From Octopus sinensis (Eukaryota), in contig NC_042997.1 of assembly GCF_006345805.1 (NCBI RefSeq), forward strand, positions 56,172,001 to 56,236,000: DNA of 64,000 nt, written 5' to 3'. A program made the position numbers and the translations under genes. Positions 21,839-35,463 of this stretch are shown one piece after another (the stretch's first letter is position 1; every line of letters starts with the position of its first letter). The notes below the pieces were generated by a model. It made no database searches. It saw only the letters and a program-made list of their open reading frames with translations, and was not told where the DNA came from.

Positions 21839-24800
21839 CAATAATATGCTTCAAACATAGTAAAAAGAATTCTATTTAGAGAGCATAATCCTTGTATATT
21901 ATAAAAATGAACATATTTAATGGTGAAATAGTTAAAAAATAAATTACATTCTACTTTCATGTTATTTGAAACCCCTTACTAATTTTTGACAGAAATGATT
22001 TTTAAATGAGAAATTTTAATAGCTACAATATCCACAATATATGTTGCCTATACAGTGTTCTACTGGCACCTCAGACTCAGGATTTTTCCTTCATGCATTA
22101 GTCTGAGATGATATTGGATTTGTATGCAAATTTTGGAGAGTATTTGTTGCAAAATCATGACATTATTTGAAAAAGAAAGAAAAAAATTAATGTTTATAAT
22201 TATGGAAGCAGTATCTGACAGCTTTTTTTTTTTCCACCAAAGTATTTTTATTTTAAGAATACTAAGGTATATTAAAAATCCTATTCATAATTGCTGCTAA
22301 TTTGTAAAGCCAATTGTATAGTTCATTATTGTCTCTTTCTAATTCCAAGCTGGTCTTAGTTATAGAAATTATCAATTGATGTTAATTGATATTTCAATAA
22401 AACGATATTTTTACTTTTCTTTTCTTTCTTAAGTTACCAACCACTATGATAAATTTTATTCGAAAGGCTATTAATTAATTAATATTTCTCAGTAGTCATA
22501 TATTTCTTATTTCATGGTGTATTTTTTAAAGTTTTTTTCTTGCAAGTTTAACCTACCTTTATAACTGAAAGTTTCCAGTTCATGCAGTCATTCAAGACTC
22601 AGATTAATATCTAGTTAGAATAGCCTGAGGCAATAACTGGAGATGACAGAAAGTAAATAAATGATAAAAGTTAGATAAAGACTAAGGAGGATAATTTTTT
22701 TTTTGTAATCTTAAAACAAGAGATACAAGAAAGACAGGGTGAAAACCATATACAAAACAGTAATTTTAAAGAGATGCGAAGAAGAGGTTATAACATTATA
22801 AAGATTGACATGGTGAGTTCATGACATAACCCACTATTGGTGCATCTAGTCATGCCAATTCTGAATTGTTTAGATAGATTATGGAACAGGGAATAATGAA
22901 ACTAAATATGGACACAAAGGAAATCAAAATAACTGGTCAAGTGGTCATTGTACCCATGAGATAAACCTAATGAATTGAACAAAATGTCTGACTTTGATAA
23001 GAGAACTATATTCTGATCTGAAAAAAAAATACATTTTTATGAATGTATAAAAATCACTTTAAAATGCTAAGTATGACATCTGAATAATGTATAAGATTTC
23101 AGTGCTCACTTTCTAACTCTTCAGATAATCTTTTGTGTAGCTCTGTCTGACTCTGGTTAACCATAATTTTCTACAGCGCTTCTCAGTCATATTCTGCTTT
23201 TATTCTTGACATTTATCAGATATCTCTTAAAAGTACTTATGGCCAATTGAATGTTTTGATATTACAAGTAAGAAATTGGTGAGATAAATACATTTACAAT
23301 TTATTATTTATATACAAACACAAATAAAACATTCCTGCACAATAATATAGAACCCTGGCATTATGTCTGGATATAAAGTAGTTTTATGTTATTATGTGTT
23401 ATAAATAAAACACTTTATTGTAAAAACTTTCTTGGCATACCATAAATTAATAAAAAAATTTATTTTCCCAAGATGTGAGGATCCATAGAGCATGTGCTTA
23501 TCTTAAGTTTCCATAACATTAAACAGATGAAAGATAAATTTCCCTCTGGATAGAAAACTAGTCTATTGCAAGCAGATTTTCCTATCAAAGGAATTGAATT
23601 CAGTACTACAAACCAACAAAGCATTTATCAATTCCACAATATGGTCTCTATTTCCAGAAAGTATGTAATTGTCAACATTGTCGAAAATATGACATTTTAA
23701 GCAGACTAAATACCTTTGCTCTCAGGATAAATACTAAATACATTGACCGAATAAATAGCATACAATCAAGACCATGATCTGACCTGCAAGTGTTCACTAT
23801 AGTATTGTACACTAATAACTTCATCTCTTCATCTCTCTCTTTTTCTTAATCATTCTCCACTTCTCTTTCCTTCTTTCTCAGATATAGGTCAACCATATGA
23901 TCACCGTCTCTTACAATTAAAATATAAGGATCAGGATAAACTTAGTTAATGTTACCTTAATACACTAAAGTTCTTGTTATAGCTTTCTTTTCCAAATCTA
24001 CAAATATCTAAGACAATTTAGTTAGTATTTTAGTAACCAAGTAACTTTTTTTTCTTTTTTCGATTATAATTTTTGATTATAATACTTTTCCACATTCCAC
24101 ATAGGGATTCTTATTTTGTCTTTTAAAGATTTTTCAAATAACAGTTATTTTTGCAATAATCTATCAGATGCTTTTCTATCACATTCACTCAAATCTATTA
24201 TCATAATATCGACAGTTCAGATGCAACTGGATATATAACAGATGGCTACTTCATTATAAAATAATGTTGTTACAGTTAAATCAACAGTTAGAACACTTAG
24301 TGCCATTGACTCCATGTCAATTTGATAGCCCTGCCATCAGAAGAAAAAGTGAAATGTCTAGAATTTGGCTGAAGCAATTGTTTTTCTAAAACCTGCTCCT
24401 TGGCTCGCAAGGAGAAACAATTTATAATTCTACACCCATTATTTTCCCATTGCTTTTGATCTTAAAGAAATTCAAAACATATCAAAGATTTAGCAAACAA
24501 ATAGGGAATTGAACAAGTGATGGTTTCGTTACTAAAACAAACACACACATATTGGAATACTTTATTAGTAAAGGACTTATTTTTTCTTTCACTCATGTAT
24601 ATGTTTATTTTAATTCTTATATTGAACTATCTAGGTTACTTTGGTAAGTGACAAAATCGGCACTATGCATATATATCTCTACCACACCTGACATGCATAC
24701 ATTTATTCCCTTAAAAGCAAATGGCATATTTAGATGTGTTATTAAATTTTCATTCCATCCTCGATTACATCAAGACAAATTCTCTGAGTTTTCTCTGAGG

Positions 24801-25848
24801 ATGGAGAATGGAAAAGCAAAACTACTTATACCTCTGGAGGTCTACCAATCATGGCACATTTTAGTTCTCTATCAGCAAATTCTCCCCAATGGAAAGAAGT
24901 GATGCTATTAGCGTATACAACATGAGCAATATCAGCTTATTTCCCAGATGACTTTCCAACCTGTGTAGGCTTACTAAGCTTGCATCAGTAATTATTTGTA
25001 TTCCTCATATATGCAGCTTGAACTTGCAGTGTCTATCTATGTTATGTTATTTGTACCTCTACACTTTATAGAATCTCACAAACTTTCTTGGCAGTGGATG
25101 GCTGCTGGGTAATAATGGTCATAGTTAGAATTTACAATTTTCGAAATTTTCACAACAAAATATGTTTTTAAAGATTTTTTATACTTATATTCATTTCTTG
25201 ATTAATTCTTTGGAGAAATCCATTTTAAATCGATAGCTTATAACTAAGATTACTTTTACACACATTTTCTTTTCTATTATTTTTCATGATATTTTCTGAA
25301 TTTTCCCATTTGAGATGAAATTTTAGTTATCTGTTTTATGTGAGAAATACCTTCTTTACTTTTTTTTTTTACTTTGGAAAGTTTAAATTATGGTGACTGG
25401 CAAATCTTTTGTGGGCTTCTTGTTTTTCTTTAATAACTCCTAATGTTTCCTTCATGAAGATGATCTTGTTCTTTATGATTCCAGGTGCCTTCTGCCAGAA
25501 GGTATCAGAGAGAATAAGTAATTTTGACTCTTCTCAGAAAGTTTTCTCTTATTCATTATAGTGAGTTTGTCCTATTACTTTTAAATCATTGCAAAATGTA
25601 TTGTTAAATATTACCACATACAATGCTTAGCATAAAGTTAAAAGGAAATATAATTTTTATAATGTTATATCACTGAAGCTGACCAGATTATTATAGCATT
25701 GAAATGGATGACAATCACAATGATGGCATCATCATTATCATACATAACAAAAAAATTCTCTACTATTTATGGCACTCAATTAGTTAGTATTGATGTGTGG
25801 TGAACCTTTCTTTAGTGTGAGTATATTGTCCTTAAATTAGAGATTTAA

Positions 25849-26068
25849 CCCTTTCATTACTATATTTATTTTGAGATGTTCTGTGTTTCTTTCAATTACT
25901 TCAAATATAACAAAGAATTTAGTAAAATAATTTAGTTATCATTCAGCTAGTGTTAGGAACATAAATTGTGACTAAGGTTTGGTGGAAGATTTTTATTCAA
26001 AACTTATGAAAACAAGACATTTTTACTCAGAGCTAGAGCCAGTTACAGCCAGGTTGGTAACGAAAGGG
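25849..26068. mobile_element. piggyBac-type MITE
   Basis: TTAA|CCCTTTCATTAC ... GTAACGAAAGGG|TTGA. A closely related copy lies at 39302-39516. Confidence 0.8.
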
Positions 26069-27785
26069 TTGAAAATATGCCATTTTCTTTTTCAAAGAGA
26101 ATCCAAGAGTGACGAGACATTGTACAGAAACGTTTTGAGAAACTGACTGTTAAATTTGAAAAAAAAAACAAATAGAAGTTATTTTCATTTCCTGACTTTG
26201 AATAAATATCATGTAAAACTACAAATGAAAATTATATCTATAAGAAAACCAAAAAAATTGTCAGAATCTGATTAATGGAAGTATGCTGGGTATAGAAAAA
26301 ATTTTGCTTTAGTGGTTAAGGTGGGGATGCTTGTGTACTTAAGGGTATAATATTCCATCAAGAAAAAAGGGTTTGGATTCATTGATGTTGCATGGACCAA
26401 GCTCTGCTTTGATCAAGCAGATCCATGGCACGCTGGTAGTCAGTTGAATGATATTTAGATAGATATATTGTACCTTCATTTAACTGACAATCCTACTGTA
26501 CATTCATTCCAATTCTGTGAGTTGCAAAGTAACAATCTGAACTTGTATTCTTTCTACTGTCCAATCCATTTTTGTATTTCTATGGATTCTTGTGGAGGTG
26601 GGCAAATTGTACTTGCTTATAGCACAATTGCTCTTTATTTGGTGGTAATGTGTGAACAGATTTTGTGCTCCATTTGGGGAAATTGTATATTTCAGATGCA
26701 TTGCTTTTATATACTACAGCTCAAGAAAATCTAAGACCAAAGACATTCTATCTATGCCATTTTATCTTCAGTTATTTCAAACTACTATTATGTCTTTTTT
26801 TTTTAAAGGTGATAGAGTTTGAGAGATAGCAGCCAAATGTTGACTGACAATACGAAAGCTTTGTGATTGGTTTGTTTGTGTAAGGTTTGTGAGTTGTATG
26901 GTGGTTGAGTGTAATGGTCTGAAGCCATGTTATGAGTTGGAGGGAAGAATATCTGACTTGAAGCTAAGTTGAGTCTTTCTAAAATTTTTACATTGTACAT
27001 AGGAAGGAGATTGGATGGGTCTGTCTGAAGAAACTTTTTTATGGTCATTCATCTCTTTGCCTTGCTAAAAAGAATCCTGACTAAAGCTGATTGTGAACAG
27101 AACACAAATTAAGTATCTTGAACTACCAAGCCTCACATTACATATGAAATTCCCATTTTAACAAGCAAGTCTTATACTGCAGAGTCACTCGACCTTGCTA
27201 GAAATAGCAGCCAAATTCCTTATCATCTTAAAAAGATGGAGACATTTGATAGTGCAGCTCTAGTTTCTGCATGAAAAAAAAAATATCAAGATAATCATAG
27301 CTAAATTGTCTTTGATCCTAGATCTACTGGATCAGAGATAACCAGGAACCAAACAACATTTTGATATCTACCCCAATTGGCAATTACGACAATAACACAA
27401 ATATTGAAATTCTCTAATATGATGCCTTTTTTTTTTTTTTTTTTCAATAAAACCCCACTGAAATATTTAATTTTTCTTCCCCATTGCACCCCTTCCGCCA
27501 TTTCTGTACCTTCTGACATCTATATATAAATTACATTTTATATTTCTGTTTTCTCAAGTAAATGAATTCACTGCTATCTTAATTCATTTAAGATATGTAT
27601 TTCTATTGATTATGCTCACTTTTATATGAGATGTTGAAGATATCAGCTGTTCTTTTGATAAGAGTATTTACTGCAAGATAATGGTGAATTGATAAGTAAA
27701 ACTTCAGCTTTCTGTTTCTATTGTTACGTTACCAATTGCCTATTTGTATTCCTCTTAGAATGACATACTGCTACTTCTACCCCTA

Positions 27786-27789
<4 letters not shown>

Positions 27790-27876
<87 letters not shown>

Positions 27877-28255
27877 GTGTGTGTGTGTGTATATGTATGT
27901 ATATATATATATATATGTATGTATATATATATATGTATGTATATATATATATGTGTATGTATATATGTATATATATATGTGTATGTATATATGTATATAT
28001 ATATATGTATGTATATATATGTGTATATGGATCTATGTATATATATATGTGTATATGGATCTATGTATATATATATGTGTATATGTATGTATATATGTGT
28101 ATGTGTATATATATATATATGTGTATATATATATATATATATTATATATATATATATATATAATATATATATATATATATTTATTATCGGTTAGCATCCG
28201 CCTTCCATGCTGGCATATGTGTGCGTATGTATGTATATATATATTTAAATTGATA

Positions 28256-28287
<32 letters not shown>

Positions 28288-28290
28288 GCA
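27790..28290. repeat. Compound microsatellite (CT)n(TA)n(TG)n with higher-order units
   Basis: About 500 bp of dinucleotide derivatives, including a 28-bp tandem duplication GTGTATATGGATCTATGTATATATATAT at 28021 and 28049. Source of spurious YI-rich ORFs. Confidence 0.9.
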
Positions 28291-28925
28291 ATAAGCCCAG
28301 CCTTATCACAAAGAACCTAGGACTGTAAAACTAATCAGCAGGCAGTAAATCACAAGGCAATATGCCATTTAAAAGACATCTGCCACCACCCTCTTAACTT
28401 CATTTGACACTATCACATTGTCAGTGTCTGTATTATTTTAGCCATGTCTTCTGGGACCACCAGTTCAGTCTGTATGTTTCGGCTGTTTGTGTTTTGTATG
28501 TGGGCATGTGTGTACACGTGCACATGTGCGCGCACATAAACACACACACACACACATGTACACACACATGTATACATAAGCATGTTCATGTTTCATACAC
28601 ACCTCACTCTCTCAATTTTCTCACCTCTATATCCACCCTTTTCTCCTCGCTCTTAAAACAAATATATCTTCATCATGGTAACAATATTATAAACTGTGTT
28701 AAATAATAAAACTGACTATTACACGCAGACCTTTCGGAAATCTCTCCCTTAATTTTCCGAGTGTCATTTCATTTCTATAATGTACGTGTATTACTCCATT
28801 AAGAAATTAAGATGGAAAAGAAAAAATGTCATACATGTCATTCCATAGAGACTTATTTGCATTATGTATTTGCTGAGCCTTATAGTGTATGAATATATAT
28901 GTGTGTGTGTATATATATATATATA

Positions 28926-30048
28926 TTGGGTCATCCCGTATATAATGTGATTTTTTCAATTGCATGAACTAAAAGTTGGAGGGGGATAGGATAAACTACC
29001 TGCATCAGTGCAAATTTTGAAGAGTGTAATTCGATTTTAACAATCATTTTTTGAAAGCTATAATGGAAATGACAAAGGAGCATATTTTGCTTTATGAGTT
29101 CACTAAAGGTAAAAATGTAACGGAAAGTGCAAGGAATATTAATGCAGTATTTGGGGAATGGACAATAAGCATAAGCCAGTGTCAACAGTGGTTCCAGAAA
29201 TTCTGAGCCAGAAACTACAGCCAAGAAGATGAGCCTCATCCTGGAAGATTTACAGAGCTCAATAAGAACATCCTGCAAACCTTGGTATAACAAAATCCCA
29301 TCATAATTGCTGAGGAACTAGCAGAGAAGCTTGGATTTGGTCATTCAATCTTTCATCAATACCTGCATGCTATCGGAAAAGTCTGCAAATTGGATCAATA
29401 ATTTCCTCACAATTTTTCCGAGTCGAATCGCACACAGAGAGTGAATGTGTGCTCTTCTTTGCTGCCACATCTCACAAATGAACCTTTTCTGGACCAAATA
29501 GTGACTGGTGATGAGAAATGGGTTCTCTATAAAAATGTCAAGTGTCGAAGACAGTGGGTAGGTAAAGGAGAAACGCTGGTCCTCCAGGCTAAAGAAAGTC
29601 TTCACCCACATAAGGTATTGTTACCTGTTTGATTGGATGGTCCACTTTGAACTAAATGATAACAAAGGAGATCTACTGCAATCAGCTTGAGTGGCTTAAG
29701 TCAGCGCTAGAAGAAAAAGAACCATCTTTGGTTTGAAGACGAAAGATGTTCTTCCATCAGGATAATGATCAGCCACATACAGCTAGGATGACATCACAAA
29801 GACTGGAGTAGTTTAAATAGGAGACGATGCCCCACCCACCATATTCATCAGACATTGTCCCATCTGATTATCATTTATTCCACAGTCTTCAAAATCATTT
29901 GAACCGAAAAAATATGAGTTCTGTAGACAAGGTCAGAACAGTACTGGAGGATTATTTTTCATCACAGACAAGTGAATTTTGGAAGAGGGAGTTTTGCAAG
30001 TCTACCAGATAGATGGAAGAGCATTCTAGAAAATGAAGGAGAGTATTT
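28926..30048 (+). mobile_element. Mariner (DD34D) transposon, near full length, pseudogenised
   Basis: Starts after TA with TTGGGTCATCC. ATG at 29063 gives MEMTKEH..ILLYEF.KGKN..ESARNIN (HTH region). VTGDEKWVLY, HQDNDQPH and PPYSSDIVPSDYHLF motifs present. Multiple stops and frameshifts. The 3' TIR is replaced by a SINE A tail. Confidence 0.92.
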
Positions 30049-30210
30049 TACTTGTTTCAGTCATTAGACTGTGACCATGCTGGGACACTGCCTTTATTTT
30101 ATTTTTAAGTCTGGTACTTATTCTATCAGTCCCTTTTACCAAACCGGTAAGTTACAGGGTCATAAACAAACCAACACCAGTGGTGGGGGTGGGGACAAAC
30201 ACAGGCACGT

Positions 30211-30280
<70 letters not shown>

Positions 30281-30730
30281 ATATATTATATATGTGTGTG
30301 TGTGTGTATTTACTAGTGTGTATATACATATATGTATGTGTTCATTTGCATTGTAATCCGTTTTTACCATGTTAGCATTTTGTTTAATGCTGGATGCCCT
30401 TCTTTTTCAAAAAAGGAATCTCATAGTCTACATGGCTTTGAAAGCAAAAAAACATAAAAGCAATTTATTGATAGAAATGCCAACAATGTCACCACTCAGA
30501 CATCATAACTTTGTATAAGCAACACAGACATGAAAAGATGCACACACACACACACGCGCACGCATGTGTGCAGATGTTTCTTTTCAGCCTCCATCAACCA
30601 GAACCACTCACAGAGTTTTGGTCAGCTAGGTGTTATAACAGAAGATATCTGCCCAAGGTGCAGCATGATGGAACTAAACCTGAAACCACATGATTGGAAA
30701 GTGAAATTTCAAAACACACAACCATGTCTG
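30048..30730 (-). mobile_element. SINE A split by microsatellite expansion and extra sequence, abutting the mariner 3' end
   Basis: 3' half at 30048-30205 and 5' half at about 30570-30730. A family C-like fragment lies near 30355-30405. Confidence 0.65.
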
Positions 30731-31011
30731 CATGGATATATATATGCATACATACACACATGTATAATCAACTGATGCTGTGGTATATCAAGTACATGCA
30801 TTTTTGTTTAGCCCCTGACCAGCCATCACTAGCCAACCTATGGTCAATGATGTTCCAGTTATTTCTTTGGCATATTGTATATACAGCCATGTTTAAGACA
30901 ATAATGCGAGAAATAAGGCTGCTATTTCGAGTAAAAGTCATCATATAGAGGCTTCTTTTGTTGTCTTTAGTATACAATAACTTAACAGAACTGAAGCAAA
31001 TTATTATATTT

Positions 31012-31210
31012 AATCCCTTTGTTACTATTATTTTTGAAAAATACTGCAGATATTGCACGTGTTTCAATTAATTTTGAAAACATTGAAGAATTTAGTAAAA
31101 TAATTTTTTCATTAATATGTGGAAACATAAATTAAAATGAAATTTTAATGGAAAGCTTGAATTGTATCATGGAACCAGGAACAGTCCCTGACAGGTTGGT
31201 CAAATGTGGT
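31012..31210. mobile_element. Diverged piggyBac-type MITE
   Basis: TTAATCCCTTTGTTAC start and internal GAAGAATTTAGTAAAATAA block shared with the 25849 and 39667 copies. Confidence 0.5.
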
Positions 31211-32191
31211 AATCTTCAAGCAGAGTTCCTCTAACATTAATTCTTTAGTATTCAAATTATTCTGTCAAATGTAATGCTTATTTATTCACATTCTTTTGAT
31301 GCTGTGATTGTTTATCGTTAGGATGATATTGTTGGGTAGGTGTAAGATATTGTTGGCTAGTTTGAACATAAAATTGGTAGAACATTTGGGCGGATATGGC
31401 CGGTTTTAATGCTATAGGGTTAAGCTATTCAATTCTAAATATGCATTTGATCTAACAAACAGTCTAAATACTTGAATCTGAGGAAACAAACAAAACTACA
31501 TTAATTATTTTATTCATTTCAGTCATTGAACTATGCGTATGCATGCACACACACACTCACACACAAAAAGCTTCTGTGCAGTTTCTTCAAACCAAATCCA
31601 CTTACAAAGCATTGGTTAGCATGGTGTTATAGTAGATGACACATGCAGTGGGACTACACCCAAAACCATATTGTTGAAAAGCAAACTTTGCTACAGAGCT
31701 TGTGCCTGTCTGTATAAAGTAGTGTACTCTTATATTTTATAAGTGAGTAATACAATAATCAAAACAATTAAATGATTATTTTGAAACAAATTAATTTTTC
31801 ATTGAAGCACTTTCCCTATAAAGGTAGAAAGCATATTAAAATTATTTCACATTTTTTTTCTTTCTCTCAAATATGTCATTATAGGTATGTGACTCACAAT
31901 GTTATATTGTGTAAGCATTCAGTATTTAATATTTTCTACGAATTCCATATTCATGAACAAGTCTATTCTAATACATTGTGTTCATCTTCAGCATAAAGTA
32001 ATAGAACAGTTGATAGTTATTTAAGTAACTTCTTTTCTCTTTCAAATTATGGGGATACAGAGAAATAAGGAAAAAGGAAACTGTTCATAATTTTAGAATT
32101 AGAAACAACCTTGAATGTATCTAATTTGTTTACTTTTTCTGCTAGATCTCCCACAATGTTCCCAGTCCATAGAACTACTTATCCAAATACA

Positions 32192-32680
32192 ATCATCATC
32201 ATCATCATTGTTTAACGTCCGTTTTCCATGCTGGTATGGGTTGGATGGTTTGACTGAGGTCTGGAGAGCCAGTGGCTGCACCAGGCTCCAATCTGATCTG
32301 GCAATGTTTCTGCAGCTAGATGCCCTTCCTAACACCAACCACTCCAAGAGTGTAATCGGTGCTTTTTACGTGCCACCGGCACAGGAGCCAGTCAGGCGGG
32401 CCTGGCGTCGATCTCCTTCAGATGGAGCTTTTTACGTGCAACCAGCACAAGAGCCAGTCTGGCGGACCTGGCATCGGCCACATTTGGACAGTGCTTTTTA
32501 CATGCCGCCGGCAAGGGAGCAAGTCAGGGGGCACTGACCTGAGCTATGATATTGGTTTTACTTGACTCAACAGGCCTTCTCAAGCATATCATATCGCCCG
32601 ACACATCAGAGGTATTCTTAACAGGGCTAGACAGGCATTGCTGTGATTTCACTTTAGTTTCCAGGTCTTCTCAATCACAG
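32192..32680 (-). mobile_element. Family C: RTE-type LINE 3' end with (ATG)n tail and three 66-bp internal repeats
   Basis: (CAT)n at 32192. GTGCTTTTTACGTGCC-type units start at 32359, 32425 and 32491. The 5' side reads GATATGCTGTGATTGAGAAGACC, similar to the RTE ORF end. Confidence 0.72.
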
Positions 32681-32889
32681 CATATCTTCAAATTTACAAC
32701 ACCAGATTATAAATAGCATGCCTACAAACCCTATCTAGTCTATCTGACTAGAAAACATGTAAGTTTTGACTACACAGAGTTGAATGAGACCTAACTAGGT
32801 TAAAATTACTTTCATAAATCGTATCAACATATTCTTTGTGAGGCTTTTAATCTGAAAACTGTTTTAGAACGAGAATAAATATTGTTGTC

Positions 32890-33130
32890 ATCATGATAAT
32901 TTTTATGTCTTCTCCTTGTTTGGATAGTAATGGATGGGTCTTCTCTTGCATAATCTCTCACTATTTGTTGTAAACTCTTGTCATCTCTTTCATGAGATTC
33001 AGCTTCTTCAGATTGGTTTTCAACCCTTTTTCATATTCTTCTTCAGTCTCCCTCATCTAGGATTGCTTCATACTTCTTTACCTGGTTGCCATCCTAGAAT
33101 TATATTTCTTGGTCATGTTATAAGGGGTTG
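32890..33130 (-). mobile_element. RTE-like LINE ORF2 C-terminal remnant
   Basis: The minus strand resembles the RTE C-terminus (IL.WQPGK...RGRP-like, ..LKKLNLMKEMT) followed by a short ATGATG tail. Similar to 43660-43710. Confidence 0.5.
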
Positions 33131-34794
33131 AACAAAAAGTACATACACATTCAGTAAATCATCATGATGGCACTCATGGTGCCTCTATTTCAGAAATGTT
33201 GGGAAAGACAGTCTACAAAATGTAAATGATGTTTTGTAATAGCTGTTGTTTTGCACCAAGTCTGTCCTGGTTCAGTAGACATAAGCAAAGGAATTCTAGC
33301 TGTGGCCACTCTTGTCTTTTTCCTTCAAATCATAGTGTACTTCAGACTACATTATCAAATGTGATCTTCCTTATTTTAATATGATAGTGTACTATTTGGT
33401 TGCTACTTCTACCAGGTCAAACAACCCTTGTCGACTTAAAACTTGAAACAGCTTTTTTGTTGTTTATGCTGATTGTCAGCAAGAAAATCAGATTTTCCCT
33501 ACTTTGATTACATACATAGTCCAAATTTACTAAAATTGTATTGATCTATATGTTTGGGGCATCACATTCTTTTATATAAGTCTGCTCTGGGTAAATTGCT
33601 GTTTCAAGAGAAAAAATAAACACAAGAAATCTAAATAAGCCATGTACTTCTTTTAGTAAGATGAGTTAATTTGATATCTGTGATATCTACTTCATGTAGT
33701 GAGGCTGACTTCAGCTTGAACAAAATAACTGTCACAGTGAATTTCTGCTGATAATCAAAATCCTATTTTGCTTGACACTATTGTTGATATACTGTGTTAA
33801 AACTAAATGTTTGTTATTTCTGTTGCATCACTAAGAATAGGAATGTATATTTGATAAAACAGTTAAAATAAAAATAGGAACCCACTTTTCCTACTACCAT
33901 GTCTTGATGTTCTATTCCTTCCCTGTTGGAAGATATGTAAAAAAAAAAATTGTAAATAAAACTGGGAGGTCTATTTTATATTTATTTTCCTCTCTTCTGG
34001 CAAATATCATAAGATAGAAATGAGATAGTAATGTGTGTCAGCTAAAGCAATAGGTGGTCTTAAATGATACCTCCTGGGTAGGCTTGCATGAAAACTGGCC
34101 TGAAACTCTATATCCACTGGGAAAAAGATCTAGATCCCTGGTTTGCAATATGAGCTTTATCTGAACTGATGCATAAATCAGGCATCCAAGCCAGCTCACT
34201 GGGTGGCCATCTTTCTTGTCCAGAGGGATTCAGCTTGTGAGAAATCTTTTCTTCTCCTCAATACTTCTTCCCCTGAAAATACTTTACTATTTAACCATTA
34301 CATTTTATAACACCTGTCAGCTTGGGTTCATTCTAAAAATAATTATATTTTGAATAGGTTTCTTTCTCTTTAACTGTCAAGAATATGAATCTAAAGTGAA
34401 TGAAGTCACTCCTGTTGAAAAGTTATGTCTTTACGATGCAAAGTATATATAGTGATATATATAGCAATATATACAAAGACATATTTTATAATAGTTATAT
34501 CAATTGATATCTCAATTAGTTATTCCCACTAGTAAATAGCAAATTTTATCTAAAAATTGGTCTAATGAGTTCTACTTTTTTTCTTTGTTTTTCTGTATTT
34601 GAAATTTTTACCTATTTTGTTCATATACTTCAATTATATTTTTATATACATGAAAATTATATTCTTTATTCATACCAGTTTCCTAGGTTTTCACTAGAAA
34701 TAATTCTGAATTTGTGAATGCTTGGCACCTTGCACAAGTTTCTTAAACTATAGCCCCAAATCAATCAAAGCCTGAGTGGATTGATAGACAAACT

Positions 34795-34830
<36 letters not shown>

Positions 34831-35129
34831 GTGTATGTGTGAGTGTATCTTTGTATTTCCCTGTCATCTAATCAGTATCAATCATTTCTAATACTCTGTG
34901 AGAACATTTCTGGCCAAGGAGAAATATTACCTTCAATTGAAGATCAGTGACAGGAAGGATGTAGCTGTAGAAAATCTGCCCCTGTGAACTCCATTCAACC
35001 CATGCAAGTATGGAAAAGTGGACATTAGAATGATAAAGTTTTATATATATATATATATACAGAGAGAGAGAGAGAGAGAGATGTATATATATATATATAT
35101 ATATATCTATATATACACATATACGTATG

Positions 35130-35463
35130 TGGCCGACGACAGTACCGCCTGATTGGCACCTGTGCCAGTGGAACATTAAAAGCATCGTTCGAGCATGATC
35201 ACTGCTAGGGCCGCTGACTGGTTCCCATACCGGTGGCACGTAAAAAGCAACATTCGAGGATGGTCATTGCCAGTGCCGCCTGACTGTGGTACATAAAATC
35301 ACCCACTACACTCTTGGAGTGGTTGACATTAGGAAGGGCATCCAACTGTAGAAACTCTGCCAGATCAGATTGGGGCCTGGTGTAGCTTTCTTGCTCGCCA
35401 GTCCTCAGTCAAACCGTCAAACCCATGCCAGCATGGAAAGTGGACGTTAAATGATGATGATGA
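35130..35463 (+). mobile_element. Family C repeat, plus orientation
   Basis: GGTGGCACGTAAAAAGCA units, TTAGGAAGGGCATCCAACTGTAGAAAC, and the AAACCCATGCCAGCATGGAAAGTGGACGTTAAATGATGATG end. Confidence 0.8.

Noticed and set aside
22720-22812. Open segment ending ATG|gtgagt, a possible upstream exon
   Set aside because: Weak acceptor, the phase-0 donor is incompatible with the phase-1 exon A, and the peptide does not resemble ZNF423/521.
27721-28294. Long YI/CV/HT-rich ORFs (also 4611-4981, 9403-9984, 14546-15250, 30071-30370, 46058-46745)
   Set aside because: They are translations of (TA)n/(TG)n/(CA)n microsatellites, which lack stop codons in several frames. No protein-like content.
32359-32545. 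Regularly spaced repeats considered as a CRISPR-like array
   Set aside because: Eukaryotic context. The units are whole diverged tandem copies with no unique spacers and belong to a retroelement 3' region.
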